NCBI GenBank assembly: GCA_045837725.1
Contig: JBEWZL010000239.1
Span: 62,001 to 126,000, forward strand
DNA length: 64,000 bases
Source of the DNA: Vermamoeba vermiformis
Lineage: Eukaryota
Direction: 5' to 3'
Shown here: in pieces, positions 1 to 13,020 of the stretch
How positions within the stretch are numbered: the stretch's first letter is position 1
Layout of the letters: each line of letters starts with the position of its first letter
Position numbers and translations under genes: made by a program
The notes under the pieces: model-generated
What the model was told of the DNA's origin: nothing
Database searches by the model: none
The model's input: the letters and a program-made list of their open reading frames with translations, nothing else

Positions 1-3000
1 ACCCGAGAAGAAAAGAATGATGACGACGAGCCATTATTTACCTCAGCGAGGCTTGTCAAAGAGCCTGATGAAGAGCCTATGTTCACCTCCGCGAAGAAGC
101 TCTTGCATTCAAGTAAAAAGAGCCCCGATGTTCAATTCAGAACGGCAAAGAATGTGGCTCGAGATAATGCCGATGATGAACCTCTGTTTGCCTCTGCAAA
201 GTCACGCATGAACGAAGAGACTGAATCGAGTGAGCCGGTATTTAGTTCTGCGAAGAAGATGGTATCGAATACAGCTCAAGACGGGGCACCTAGAAGGCGT
301 GTCAAGATTGGAGACAAACCTCTCAAAGGCAAGAAAGTTAACATCAGCGATCTATTCGAGGATGACGATGCAACGTCAAACATAGACGAGCCGAAAGGGG
401 CCTTGTCCACGCGTACAATCGAGGAGCCTTTCTTCCGTTCCGCGAAGAGTTTGCCGAAAGACAACGATGAACCGACCTTTTCTTCTGCCAAGCGTTTGCT
501 CGAGGAGGAGAAGGAAGTGGGGTTTACTACAGCGAGCAAAGCCCGGGAAGAAGAACCCTTATTTACATCAGCAAAGCAGCTGATGCGAGGGGAGAGCGCC
601 GACAAGCCTCCTGTCAAGGCCACCTCTGCGCAGAAGAGAGTTATCATCAAGGGTCCTCCGTTGAAGAAGGCGAAGATAAGCGCTATATTTGACGACGACG
701 AGGATGCTCCCGAGACATCTACAACGGCTGAGTTTTCTTTTGGAAAGAAGGCCAACAATGACGCGGGTCAGAAGTCCAGCCCTGAGTCCGATATAACCCA
801 CTCTGAAGAGAAGAAAAGCCGTATGAGTAGCATATTTGACAGTGACGAGGAGGACGGAGGTGACAGCAAAAAAGAGTCTGATGAAGATCTGCTGGCCAAA
901 TACGGCGGATTTACCAACTTTGCAACCGGCAAGAGCACCACGAATATTCTCAAGGACAAGAAGAACATAGCCAAGGCGCAGAAGGTACTCGGAGACGTCG
1001 CCGAAAAGAAGGCTAAACTCAGCCGGATCTTTGATGACGAGGACGACGAGCCTGAGGAGGGCACCAAAAAGGAGTCCGACGAAGACTTGCTCGAGAAGTA
1101 TGGCGGCTTTACGAATTTTGCCACCGGCAAGAGTACCACCAATATTTTGAAGAACAAGAGCAACATAGCTAAAGCGCAGAAGGTTCTCGTTGACGACAGC
1201 GAGAAGAAGGCAAAACTGGGTCGTATTTTTGATGACGAGGATGACGAGCCTGGAGATGCCAAGAAAGAGTCCGACGAGGACCTGCTCGAAAAGTATGGAG
1301 GCTTCACTAACTTCGCTACGGGCAAGAGTACAACCAATATCCTGAAGAATAAGACAAATCTTTCGAAAGCACAAAATGTTCTTGGCGACAACAGCGAGAA
1401 TAAGGCCAGACTGAGCCGCATCTTTGCCGACGAGGACGACGAAGAGAACAAAGTTGATGACAATCCGAACAAAGAAACTGACGAAGACTTGCTCGAGAAG
1501 TACGGAGGCTTCACGAATTTCGCCACCGGCAAAAATGAGACGAACATTCTGAAGAAAAAAGACAGTCTGAACACAGCCCAAAAGATGTTAGGCACTGCTG
1601 ATGAGAAGAAGTCTCGATTGAGTAGGATATTCGACGACGAAGAAGACGAGGGCCTGCCAAAGGAGAACGACGAAGACCTGTTGGCGAAGTTTGGTGGATT
1701 TCAGAATATGGCCACTAAACAGCCGATGAAGCCGCCTGCTAATAAGGAGAGTGTGTCACGTGTCAATGCAATCTTCGATGAGAAGGGTGACGACGAAGAG
1801 GCTCTCGAGAAAGCGTTCGCAAAGAGACGCGAGCAGGCAGCCAAGCAACGTGTTCAAAAGCGACAACCAGCTGCTCCGCTTAATCCGCTCGAGAAGGGCA
1901 AGAGACCGTTCGTCAAGCCTCGAGCGACAGTTACTCCGAACAAACCTCCGGTGGCCAAGCCAGTGCCTGACGTGCCCTTGGCCTCATCTCAGGACGATCA
2001 AATCTCACAATCAGACGTTGATCTCCTCGCAGGACTAGAAGATTCCACACAGTTAACACAAGATAGAGATAACTCGGATATGATGGCAGTCGATAAGCCT
2101 GAAGGCGAGGAGAGCACAGTTGACATCAACATCAACTACGACAATGTAAATAACGAAGACGATCAAATCAACAATAACAACTTCAATGTAAATAATGTAA
2201 ATACAAACCAAGAACACATCGACAGTCAGACAGCCCGACAAATACAAGAGACGTTGGAGGGCATCGACTTTGACCGAGATTTTGGAGACCCAGAACCGAA
2301 ACAAGACAACAACGAGCCTAAAGAAGAGGACGCGGAGCAGAGCACGTCCAACAGTCCGAGTCCGAGCAAGAATGTCTTCTACGCTGTGAGCACGAGTCAG
2401 ACGCCAAAGACACCAACGGCCAAAGCTCCTAACATGGTCTATTCTACACCTGCCACAGGCAACAAGAAGTTCAAGACACCGCCTACACCACAAAGTACAC
2501 CTGGCACGGTCCACAGACGCTTTTTGACGCCGTCAAATTCAATGTTCAAGCCCAAGTCCAACTTCTCGACGCCTTCAACGGTTAAGAGGAAAGGATTTGA
2601 AGGCACGACGACTAATGCAAACAATGGATTGCTCAGTCCGAACGTCAACAAACAGTTGATGTTCTCGCCCAACAAGGCAACACCGAAGAAGGCCATTAAC
2701 TACGGTGTGGCTGAGACTCCGAAGAAATCCGGTGGCGCCACATCACCCTCGCGACCCAATAAGGAGATTGCACTATTCAATCTGACAAGTAAGCCCTAGT
2801 AATACGATTATACGTGCAATGATCGCTAATTATTTTTACAGAACCAGCCAATCGGTACTCGCTGAAGGATTTTTCAGTGAAGTATCTGCGACGTCCTGAG
2901 AACTTATCCGAGGACACCTTGAGGGCCTATAATATGTAAGTACTGCCCAATGAGCACGGTAAATACTAACTGTGGCTAGTGACCCTGCAATCATGTCAAT

Positions 3001-5482
3001 GACCGCTGATTCAGCCGCACAGTTCAAGTTCCAGAACCCTGAGAACCCTGGCGAATTGATCGGTTATAACGAGCTACGCACACTTTTGATAGGGGATGGT
3101 GCAGGTGAGAAACTGGCCACTGTCGCGTGGGTGAAAAATCACTACAAGTGGATCGTGTGGAAGTTAGCCTCGATGGAGCGGATGTTCCCGCAAGACTACG
3201 CGAATCAGTACTTGACAGCTGCACGTGTGCTGTCACAACTAAAGTACCGTTATGAACGCGAGATAAATCAGGCACAGAGACCAGCGATCAGAAAGATCCT
3301 TGAGCGTGACGAGTTTGCAGGGCGATACATGGTGCTCTGTGTCTCGGCCATCCGATACCGCGGCAAAGATGGAATTTTTGTGCCTGCTAAACCTATTCGC
3401 GACAAAAGTGCTGGCAATCCGTTCCCACCGATGCGAAAGCCGTCAGATCCGTCTCAAAAGGAAGAAGTGAATGAAAACGCCAACGAAGAAGAGGCAGATT
3501 ACGAGGCACTGGGCGGCAACTGTGCCATCATTGAAGTGACTGATGGCTGGTACAGTGTCAACGCACACTTGGACGAGTACATGACTGCACTGCTGAGACG
3601 CGGCAAGATATTTGTTGGGCTCAAGCTGCGCGTGTTTGGTGCTACTATTAGTGGCTCAGGTACGTAACTTCAAGCGATTTAACTTAGCGTTCTAATGTCT
3701 CTGCGAACAGATCAAGGCGCGTCCCCGCTAGAAATCACACCCTCAACCATGCTCAAGCTGCGCATCAACGGTGTTCGTCGTGCAAAGTGGCATGCAAAGC
3801 TTGGTCTACAACGAAGGTACCGTAATATTAGTATTAATACTCACGTTGTACTGACATTTGTTGCTCTAGCCGAGATTTCGTGGTGAATTTAAAGTCCGTG
3901 CGGGCATTGGGCGGACCAATCCCGTCAATTTCAGTGCTGATTGAGCGAGTCTATCCCATGCTGTACATGGAGTCTTATCCAATGCGTGAAAATTCGTTCA
4001 AAGTCACGCGCACTGAGACAGGCGAGTGGCGCGCGAAAAAAGTTCACGAAGATATGTCGCGGACTATTTTGGACAAAAAATACAACGAGTTGGTGAAAGA
4101 ACAAGAAAATGATCGCAAAGCTTTCCTCGACCATTTGAATTCCAATTTTGGAAAGCGGAAATACTCGCGACAAGAGATCTACGAAGTCGATGACAAGGAA
4201 GAACTTTATTATTTATTCCGCAAGGAGCACGAGTCCCCTGAATTCTTGCAATTGCTCAGCCATCAACAGCACAACGAGTTGATGCGGTTCATCGACGAGT
4301 TGAACGCGACTGACCGCGAAGAGGTTGACAAACGATTGGCCAAGTACAAAGCGGAACATCCTGATTTGAATAGAACTGTCACGCCATTCGTCCGCGTTCA
4401 AGTCCGAGACCATCCATCTTTGGTAAGTGCGGAATAATAGCCGTACTCTATGTACTGTTCTGACTCTCGAATTAGACGCACAACCCGCAGAAAATATCAC
4501 GTGGCTATCTGACCATTTGGAACCCTCATCCAGAGCTGTTTTCAACGGTTCGGGAAGGATATCACGTGACCATCTCAATGGCTAATCCGAGCGAGTCACG
4601 TGACGCGACAGCACTGTTGACTGAAGGCGAGACCACGTACATGACAGCCAACAAAATGACGCGCTACACCCTCGTGTCACGCAGCCCAGCGCCGAGCTTC
4701 AAGGCCCGTGAGTGCATTCACTTTGACAGCTTTGGCAAGTTGGTGGGCTCAAAAGAATTTGACATGGCTGGTGTGGTGATTGGCACCGATCAGAAGGTAC
4801 GTGTCAAAGTGTCAAAGTGTCACTCGAAAGTGTCTAACTGTGTTTGTTACAGCAAGAGGCCTACGAGTTCAACAAGGTCTTGGTGTGTCAAAACATTTAT
4901 TTGACTGACATGACAGGTGTCATTTTAGTGGTGCAAATTCGGTGCAATCCTGATGACTTTCCTAATCGGGACATTGTGTCGGTTGGCAACATTGTTGGCA
5001 TGGCGAATTTGACTTACAGGTACTGGCGATCCCTTTCTTAACTCCGCTCAGTGTACTAATGCAGCACTTAGATTTTACGACGAGCGATGCGGTGTGCACA
5101 TGTCCTCAACGTCCATTTACACGGCCTATTACAGCAAGTCAAATTTATCGCCGTACATGCACAGCACACGCGACGCTATCGACCAGTGGATGAAGCAAGA
5201 GTAAGTCATTGGGTGCTATGTAGAGCTTATATAACGAGTGTTAATACCGCATTTAGGGCTGGCAAAGAACTGATTGCCCAGTCGAAAGAAAAGATCGATC
5301 AGTTGCGCGACATGAACTCAGCACGCAACAACAACGAGTACAACGGTCACATGGTTTATAGCCAAGTCAATCAAAATGAGATTGAGAAGACCGAACTAGC
5401 CAATAATAATAATCATCAAGAACAACAAAAGTCGCTTCTAGACGATGACTTTGATGAAATTCTCGCAAAAATGGATGTGTAA
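1..5482 (+). CDS. BRCA2: BRCA2 homolog, multi-exon, 5' end upstream of the window: FxxA/BRC-like repeats, then helical domain and OB folds
   Basis: Frame 1 is open from base 1. Later exons carry BRCA2 DNA-binding-domain motifs WVKNHYKWIVWKLASME, LSQLKYRYERE, IRKILERD, IEVTDGWYSV, LRINGVRRAKWHAKLG, IERVYPMLYME, RTVTPFVRVQV and GYLTIWNP. GT-AG introns include 2789-2841 and 2936-2979. Stop at 5480-5482. Confidence 0.93.
820..1790 (+). repeat. Coding tandem repeat of ~60 aa in BRCA2 (4 near-complete plus 1 degenerate BRC-like unit)
   Basis: The unit SRIFDDEDDE..KKESDEDLLEKYGGFTNFATGKSTTNILKNK.N..KAQKVLGD recurs with GGF cores near 905, 1105, 1300 and 1505. A degenerate unit GGFQNMATK...KESVSRVNAIFDE lies near 1695. 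Confidence 0.9.
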
Positions 5483-5957
5483 ATGTGGCAGGCACAGCGC
5501 GATTGTAAACGTTAAAAGTTATTTACAGCATTTATTTCGAGCCAACTAACCTTTGTCGTTGAATGTGCATTGGTCGGGCCAAGGGAAAACCCCGAGTTTC
5601 ACTGCACTGACAGAATTAACAACCGGTTTATTATTACAAGATACTAACAAGTTAACAATAATTTCCAGGTAATTGTAGGGGCTTCTACACCACCTGGATA
5701 TCGCTGGTGGATGAACGCCGTGTTGAGCGGTCTTCGCACTTCGAAGCGCGATCTGCAAAAATAGTTATTTACATTAATTGGTTTAAGCAATGAACCTGCT
5801 CCTTTACTTACCCACCAGGAACCCTGAATTTAAAAGGAGTGCAACTGACAATACTCCAGAATTTTAGTCAATTTGCATCTCAATAAAAATCATTTCGCAT
5901 CGACAAGTTTTTTTTGTGCTACAAAACGAAAGAACAGCACTTCTTCCTTCAGGACCA

Positions 5958-6558
5958 TGGAATCAGAAGAGCCCAAATATGAGCCAATCGAAGAGATACG
6001 GCTAAATTATGAAAGATTTTTGTATCTGGTGGAGAACATGAGGAAAGCCAAGGACACACGCCAATTCATCGAGTGGAAGCAAGAATATACCAATTTACAG
6101 TCCGAAATAAATGCAGATATTGACAAATGGAAGGCAGGCAATCGGCATCTGTTGAACGAAAAAAATGATGCAGGACTTACATTCGTTTATTGGACAGATT
6201 TATTCCCGAAAAAGACTGCCGAGGAATGTCACTACTTTAAATACGGCTCTATTGATTATTGCAAAGCTGCGTCGGATTGCCCAGATATCCGGCTTCGTTT
6301 TCTCTCGAGCGTGGAAAGCCAGGAATAATTTGGAATTGTTACCAGGCCTTGCCCGACAACCTTCGTGTTTCAGAGCGCAGCATGTTGTGCTATATGAAAG
6401 ATTCTCCTATGAGAAAAGTTCCAACCCAAGACGAATTGCGCCAGTGGATCAGAGGAAAAACTCCGGACAATGAAGTGTGCAACGTCTTCGTCTGCGGCTA
6501 CATCTTGTCTGCAGCGCCCATGTGTTATGAATTGGGTTACAACTATCAAGAGTATTAA
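5958..6558 (+). pseudogene. Orphan protein gene with an apparent 1-nt frameshift near 6263-6265
   Basis: ORF MESEEPKYEP... stops at 6328, while an overlapping frame (6259-6558) continues a protein-like sequence. Adding one A to the AAA run at 6263-6265 gives continuous YCKSCVGLPRYP. No splice signals are evident at the junction. Confidence 0.4.
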
Positions 6559-6824
6559 CATTGTATCAGTATTGTGGTGTGCGAATTAAATTGAGATCTT
6601 GTCCCGCAGCTAATTTGTGCGTTAGTGCAAAACTCAATACCACTACAGTGCTGTATATTTGGTACGTAATTTTAAGCTAGATAATTTAAGGAATTAAATA
6701 AAATATTAAACATAAGACACGCAGCAAGTCAAGCAAGAGTGCATATTGTAATTAATTGAATAATAATTTAAATAAGCGGTAATATTATTTAATAATTACA
6801 GTTATTAATAATTGATTAAAGCGA

Positions 6825-7628
6825 ATGAAAATCGTTATTCAACGAGTTCTTGAAGCCTCGGTCGAGGTAGGAGGCAAGGTCATCAGCAAAATCAATAGAG
6901 GGTTATTAGTGCTCGTTGGAATCCATAAAGATGATAAAAAAGAAGACGCTGACTTTATGTAAGTTTTTTTGGCCAGATTTACCGATCAACGTTTTGGATC
7001 GCGATGCCAAATTTACTAACTTGTTATATTTTAGTTGCCGTAAGGTACTTAACACACGGTTATTCGATAACGACGAAGAAAAGCCGTGGAACAAGTCAGT
7101 AGTCGATAAAAATTACGAGATCTTGTTTGGTGCGTTACAGTAACGTCCTTTTATGGACACTATAGTGCCATGACGTTATATTAATACTATACATCATAGT
7201 CAGTCAATTTACACTATACGGAGTGTTGAAAGGCAACAAGCCTGACTATCATAATGCCATGCCGCCAACTCAAGCAAAAGAATTTTATAGCAATTTCCTT
7301 GGCGAGGTCAGAAAGGCGTACAAAGCCGATAAAATATTCGGTAAGTATATTTAGAGTTCAATTATCAATTTCGAAGGCATCTAAGCACGAGTAACTGTTT
7401 TGAAATTTGGATCCAGCGAGGCTTCCCCGCCACTTTTGCTTCATTTTAACGAAGCTTATCAAGTATATTAGAGATAGATTTTTGTATTCAGTTAGTACGA
7501 TTATTTATATTTTATAATTAGACGGAGAGTTTGGAGCGATGATGAAAGTAAATTTAGTAAATGACGGACCAGTGACGCTAGTTATCGAGTCTAATAACAA
7601 CGGTAACAATAATAAAAAAGACGAATAA
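6825..7628 (+). CDS. DTD1: D-aminoacyl-tRNA deacylase (4 exons)
   Basis: Spliced translation [33 protein letters not shown]...[12 protein letters not shown]...[19 protein letters not shown]...[19 protein letters not shown] contains the SQFTL and NDGPVT signature motifs. Confidence 0.95.
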
Positions 7629-8012
7629 AAACTTTCAATTAAGAAAGAGTTATAGTAATATGTCGCGTACGAAGTAGTGGTGTGCTAGGAAGATCCAGTA
7701 CGACTATGTTGTAAAGTAGCCTACAGCGGAAGTCAAATACCACTATAGATCTATTAATAGGATTCGTCGAGTCTTTGTAAGTCTTGTCCAATCATTTGGA
7801 TTGCGATCCGAAAGTGGTTGTTCGGATTGGTTAAACTTTGTCGACGGGACAACGATCAAATGTTTACTGCCCTGTTAGACGACCCACCCACATATTGAGA
7901 CTTATTAAGGGCATAATCTTTTGATTCTAAGTGTATGGTGTGTCAGCACCAAAATAATTTGACTTTAAAGGAGAAAAACCAAACTGCGGAACAATTCTGA
8001 ATTTAGCGCTTA

Positions 8013-11000
8013 ATGGATAACACAAAAGATGTCCCTAATAATAATAATCAATTAAATATGTTCAATCAACAACAAGACGTTGCGGCAACGATGAATGCTC
8101 GATCTGCACGCGACTTTTTGCAAGAGACGAGGCGCAGAAGAGAAGAGATCATTGAAAGTCTTCGCAGACCTTCAATTACACCTGTAGTCCAGCCTGTGCA
8201 ACCTCCACCTCAACAGAAAAGCAATGAAATGGAGGTGGATGTGCCGCCTGAAAAGAGATTCGAGTTTGTAGATGAGCGCTTTCAGACTGTCGATGCACGC
8301 TTAAGAAAAATAGAAGCAGCAATAATTCAGAATAATATTGGTGGTGTTGATTTAGAAACTCTTAATAGAGTTAAAAGAGAGCTGCAGAAGATCAAGTTGC
8401 AATACATCCAAACAACGACACAGACCGAAGAAATAATTAACAAATTATTACAAGAAAATCAGTACCTTCGATCAAAATTAATGGACGTCGAAGAAGAGAA
8501 CGAGCATTTGAAAGCGGTACTTATTATGATTTTTTCTAAAATTTACAGTTTTAAACGAATTTTTCCGCCAGCTTGATGACGATGAGTACCCTGCTAACAA
8601 GCGACGTAGAATGAGCTTTGGTATGTGTTTGCAAAAATTTATAGTTACTTTTATCACGATTAATTTTGCGATTAAAATTTTCAGATGCTTATACTCCGAT
8701 CCGACGCGTCTCTATAGACTCTACAGGCGATGAAGATAGCAGTACTTCGCAACAAGGCATTGGTTTTCAAGTCCAATCGCCACCCAGACTGGAAGTCACG
8801 TACCCGACTGGTTACAATCCGCTCAAAAGACGATTTTCAGTTAGCTCTGAATCGTTCCATCCAGATCAAGTCAATGTCGAAGCAAAAATTATTCCGAAGA
8901 GCGAAGAGGCTAAAGCAAGCATTCGAGAGAATATCAAGCACAACCTTTTATTCAAAAATTTGAGCGAGGATCGCATTGAAGAGGTTGTTAATGCGATGAC
9001 GGAGGTGAAGTATTTGCCAAATGATACTGTTATAAAAGAAGGTACGTCTCATGCAATTTAAATTAATAGCCTACAATAGCTATTATTTATCGGAGCGCAT
9101 CCGGTCTAAATATGGATCCACTCTAAATAATTAATATTATGTTTAGGCGATGACGGCGAGAATATGTACGTCATTGACCAAGGAGAGTTGAATGTTCTTT
9201 ACGCTTCCGAAATTGTTGCTACACTAGGTCCGGGCAAGGCGTTCGGAGAAATAGCTTTGATGTACAATTGCCCGCGTACCGCCACTATCAAAGCCAAGAC
9301 CGAGTGCAGATTGTGGGCCATGGACAGAAACACTTTCAGACGCATTTTAATGAGCGACAGCATCAAGCGTCGTGCTTTGTACGAGTCTTTCTTGGCTAAG
9401 GTCCCTATCTTTGGTACGTACTATGAGATTTAATTATTGGAGTTAGAATGGCATTATATCGGCAAAAGACGGCATATTAATGTTATATTTCTATAGAATC
9501 GTTGCTTCCTTACGAGAGATCCAAGGTTGCAGATGCACTCGAACCAGTTAACTTCAATGACGGCGATGTTATCATTCGTGAAGGTGATACCGACGGCGAT
9601 AAATTCTATATTGTTGAAAAGGTAGGAGTTGACGAATTAAGGTACCACTCGTAACTAGATCTGACGTGTTGTTTTTCCGCTAGGGCGAGGTTGTTTGTAC
9701 AAAGACATCAACGGATAAGAGTACTTCAGTCTTTTCATCGCGCTTGAACGAAGGCGGCTACTTTGGTGAATTGTCGTTGTTGACACGTCAACCCAGACAA
9801 GCCACGGTGACTGCTGTTGGTCCCGTGAAGTGCCTTGCCATCAGTCGCGATCATTTCGTGCAGGTTATGGGCCCGTGCGAAGAGATCCTCAAGCGCAACA
9901 TGATGCACTATGCTACATACGAAGAACTGATCAAGCAATCCAAGACGCAATCTGCCAAAGAAGCTGTCAACAATGAAAAGGCCAAGGAAGTGGATCCCAG
10001 CAATAAGGACCATCATGACCGTCTTGGGCTCGTAAATGATCTCATTGCAACTGAGAACGAATACATTGCAGTTTGCACGAAGATTATCAAGGGCTATCTG
10101 TTGCCAATGAGAGCCCAAACCGACTTGAAGATCTCGAAAGACGAAATTGAAATGGTGTTCTGCAACATTGAAGAGATCGTCAAATTGCATGAAGACTTTG
10201 TTCGTGACCTCGAGAAGAACAAGCAGGACTTGCTCGTCGGTGAAGTTATTTCTCAATTTGTACGTGGCACCCTTAAGTCACGATCTGGTACTAACTTCAT
10301 TGCAGGCCAATGGACTACGAATCTACGAACGATACGTGAGCAATTATTTCAACTCGTTGTTCTTACGCAACAAACACAAAACTTCACCCGCACACAACAA
10401 GTTCTTGAAGGCGAGGCTAGCTGATGCCACAGTTAATGGCGTTGATTTGGACAAACTCCTTGAAATTCCATTCCAACGATTGCCTAAATATACTAAGCTT
10501 GTCAAGGTATGCTACTGACGACATTATTAGCTTGTACAGAGGTACTGACAATAATGTAGCAAATGTTGAACTTGACCGACGACAAGCATCCGGATCGACC
10601 GTACCTCCAAATTGCAATGAAGATCTTATTGGAGATTGAAAATACTTACGAAAAGGTCAAGAGAAAGTTGGAGCGATTGTATAATATACAAAACAATATT
10701 TCTGGCGAGCATGAGGTACGTGATCCACATCCATCTGTTGCACGTTCTTGTACTGACTTTAAACGCCTTTTAGAACTTCGTTGATCCCAAGAGACAGTTA
10801 AAGCGTGAAGAGGAACTCACTGCCTTAAATGATAATGAGAAGATGAAGAGCTATTTCTTTACAGATCTGATCGTGTTCACGAAGAAGATCGATGTGGGCA
10901 GTGGTGAGTCCAAAGAAGTGCACTTTAAGACTATTCCTTTGAGCGAGTGTCAAATCGCCAAGGGTGATGCACACGTTAGAATCATCTGGAAGAATAGAAA

Positions 11001-11169
11001 CGGAAAGGTAAGGATGTTGTTTCCAGAATGATCTAGTCCCCAAGAAATACTTTACTAATGACTGCTGCTTCAATAGACCGAGAGTATGGATTTCAGCATT
11101 CAATCACCGCAAATGAAGTCCTGGGCTGAAGACATTGAACGAGCAGTAGCAGATCTTTCTCGCTCGTAA
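8013..11169 (+). CDS. Fusion protein: N-terminal coiled coil, PKA-R-like inhibitor motif, two cyclic-nucleotide-binding domains, DH-PH RhoGEF (multi-exon)
   Basis: KRRFSVSSES...IPKSEEAK; CNB-A with phosphate cassette FGEIALMYNCPRTAT; CNB-B with FGELSLLTRQPRQAT. DH motifs RLGLVNDLIATENEY, FCNIEEIVKLHEDF, LLEIPFQRLPKY and HPDRPYL; PH-like YFFTDLIVFTK and MKSWAEDIERAV. Stop at 11167-11169. Confidence 0.88.
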
Positions 11170-11428
11170 TTTTACCTGTTAGTTTTTGCTTTTAATTAAT
11201 TCAAAACAATGTACATATGTAATGATAGACGAATTAAAACTTAATAAGTTGGTTACGAGCAGTGTTTCAGTTTATTGTTCCGTTGCGATGAATTTTGACC
11301 GAAGGAAAAAAAGTCAGCAAAAACAACGGTAATAATTTTTAATCGATAAACAATAAGTAGAGAATAGCAACACACAGTACCCTTATAAAGGGAAAATATA
11401 TAAAAAACCAAAAAAAAACAAATAAATA

Positions 11429-13020
11429 ATGGCTCATCTAGCCCACGAAAGCGCCGAAGATTATGGAATAAAAGATGTATGGATAGATAATTTAGAAGAA
11501 GAGATGGAAAAGATTAGAGATATTGTAGAGGCATATCCCTACGTGTCAATGGTAATATTTTATAGCCTCGGGATCATGCATCGTGAATCGAGCGAATAGT
11601 GTCGCGGAGGCAGTCTAGCGATTGAATTAGCCACAAAAATATTAATACTTAATTATCACATAGGATACCGAGTTCCCTGGTATTGTTGCGAGGCCAGTCG
11701 GTACCTTTAGAAGCCAATCAGATTACCACTACCAAAAACTACGGTGTAATGTGGACTTGTTAAAAATTATTCAGCTTGGTCTATCATTTTCAGATGCAGA
11801 AGGCAATCCTCCACCTGGCATCGCTACGTGGCAATTTAATTTCAAATTTAGTCTAAAGTACGTCTCGCATGCATAGAAAAATTTTCATTAAACCAATAAT
11901 AATCTGGTAATAATTAATTATATCGGTATAATTAATGCGCGGTAAATTGGTAGCGTTAGAATCGATGACGAATTTTACGGGTTGGATTTATAAAATAACC
12001 TGAAAAATATCTTTTTGAAATTGTAATTTTTCTAACGGCAATAGTTCCATATTTAAGTGTCGTAAAAATACGTCACAAAGCCAACGAAATCAAACAGCAA
12101 ATCACGCGCGTAGAATTATTGATAATTTTTCTTTTATTCGTTCATGAATTAATTGATTCGTATTTGCAGCGAAGATATGTATGCACAAGACAGTATTGAG
12201 CTGCTGACTCGAGCAGGCATCGATTTCAGGAAAAACGAACAATATGGCATTGATCCGATTGAGTTTGGCGAACTCTTGATGGCATCAGGTCTCGTCCTAG
12301 CGGAGAACATTAAGGTCAGTAATATTGCACTTATTTATTAGAATTTTAGCAATATTCATCCACAAATATGTTTAGTTACACGTCATAATTGTTACGGACC
12401 ATACTAAATCGAGGCATCATTAATTTAATCGCGCTACACAACAGCTAAAAAAATTACTTAATTTGGATTTATATAGTAAATAATACGATGTATTAATTTG
12501 GAGATGATACTAATACGGTAATCTTAACTATAGTGGGTGTCATTCCACAGTGGTTACGATTTTGGATATTTGCTCAAAGTGCTGACCTGTCAGCCCCTGC
12601 CACCAACAGAAGAAGAATTTTTCGAATTAATTAAGACGTATTTTCCGAATATTTACGACATTAAGTACATGATGAAAGCGTGCAAAAATCTGCGCGGTGG
12701 TTTGAACAACTTGGCTGATGACTTAGAGGTACATTTCACTCATAATATAACATTAGTATAATAATATAAGAGAAATTATATTATGGAGCTATGACGAATT
12801 AATAGAAGGAGTGTTTACTAATTTTTTTTTGGATCAGATCTCGCGAGTTGGCCCACAGCATCAAGCAGGCAGCGACAGTTTATTAACGAGTCTGAGCTTT
12901 TTTAAGATGAAAAGATTATATTTTGAAGATTTAATCGATGACGACAAGTATCTGGGAATTTTGTTTGGTCTCGGAGTTTCCGCGTCAGATTCAGCAGTCG
13001 TTGTGCCGTACCGAGAATAA
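11429..13020 (+). CDS. CAF1: CCR4-NOT deadenylase subunit CAF1/POP2 (CNOT7/8), 5 exons
   Basis: [12 protein letters not shown]...[62 protein letters not shown] and [15 protein letters not shown] (DEDDh nuclease). Confidence 0.96.

Noticed and set aside
276-1595. Long antisense ORFs over the BRCA2 repeats (likewise over the coiled-coil, EH and POP exons)
   Set aside because: They are shadow frames of biased, repetitive coding sequence with no independent motifs.
820-1790. Regularly spaced DNA repeats that might suggest a CRISPR array or satellite
   Set aside because: They are in-frame coding repeats with synonymous variation and no unique spacers.
5546-5830. Possible small spliced gene on the minus strand (GTAAGT donor near 5810, CAG acceptor near 5753)
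   Set aside because: No start codon or recognisable product could be established.
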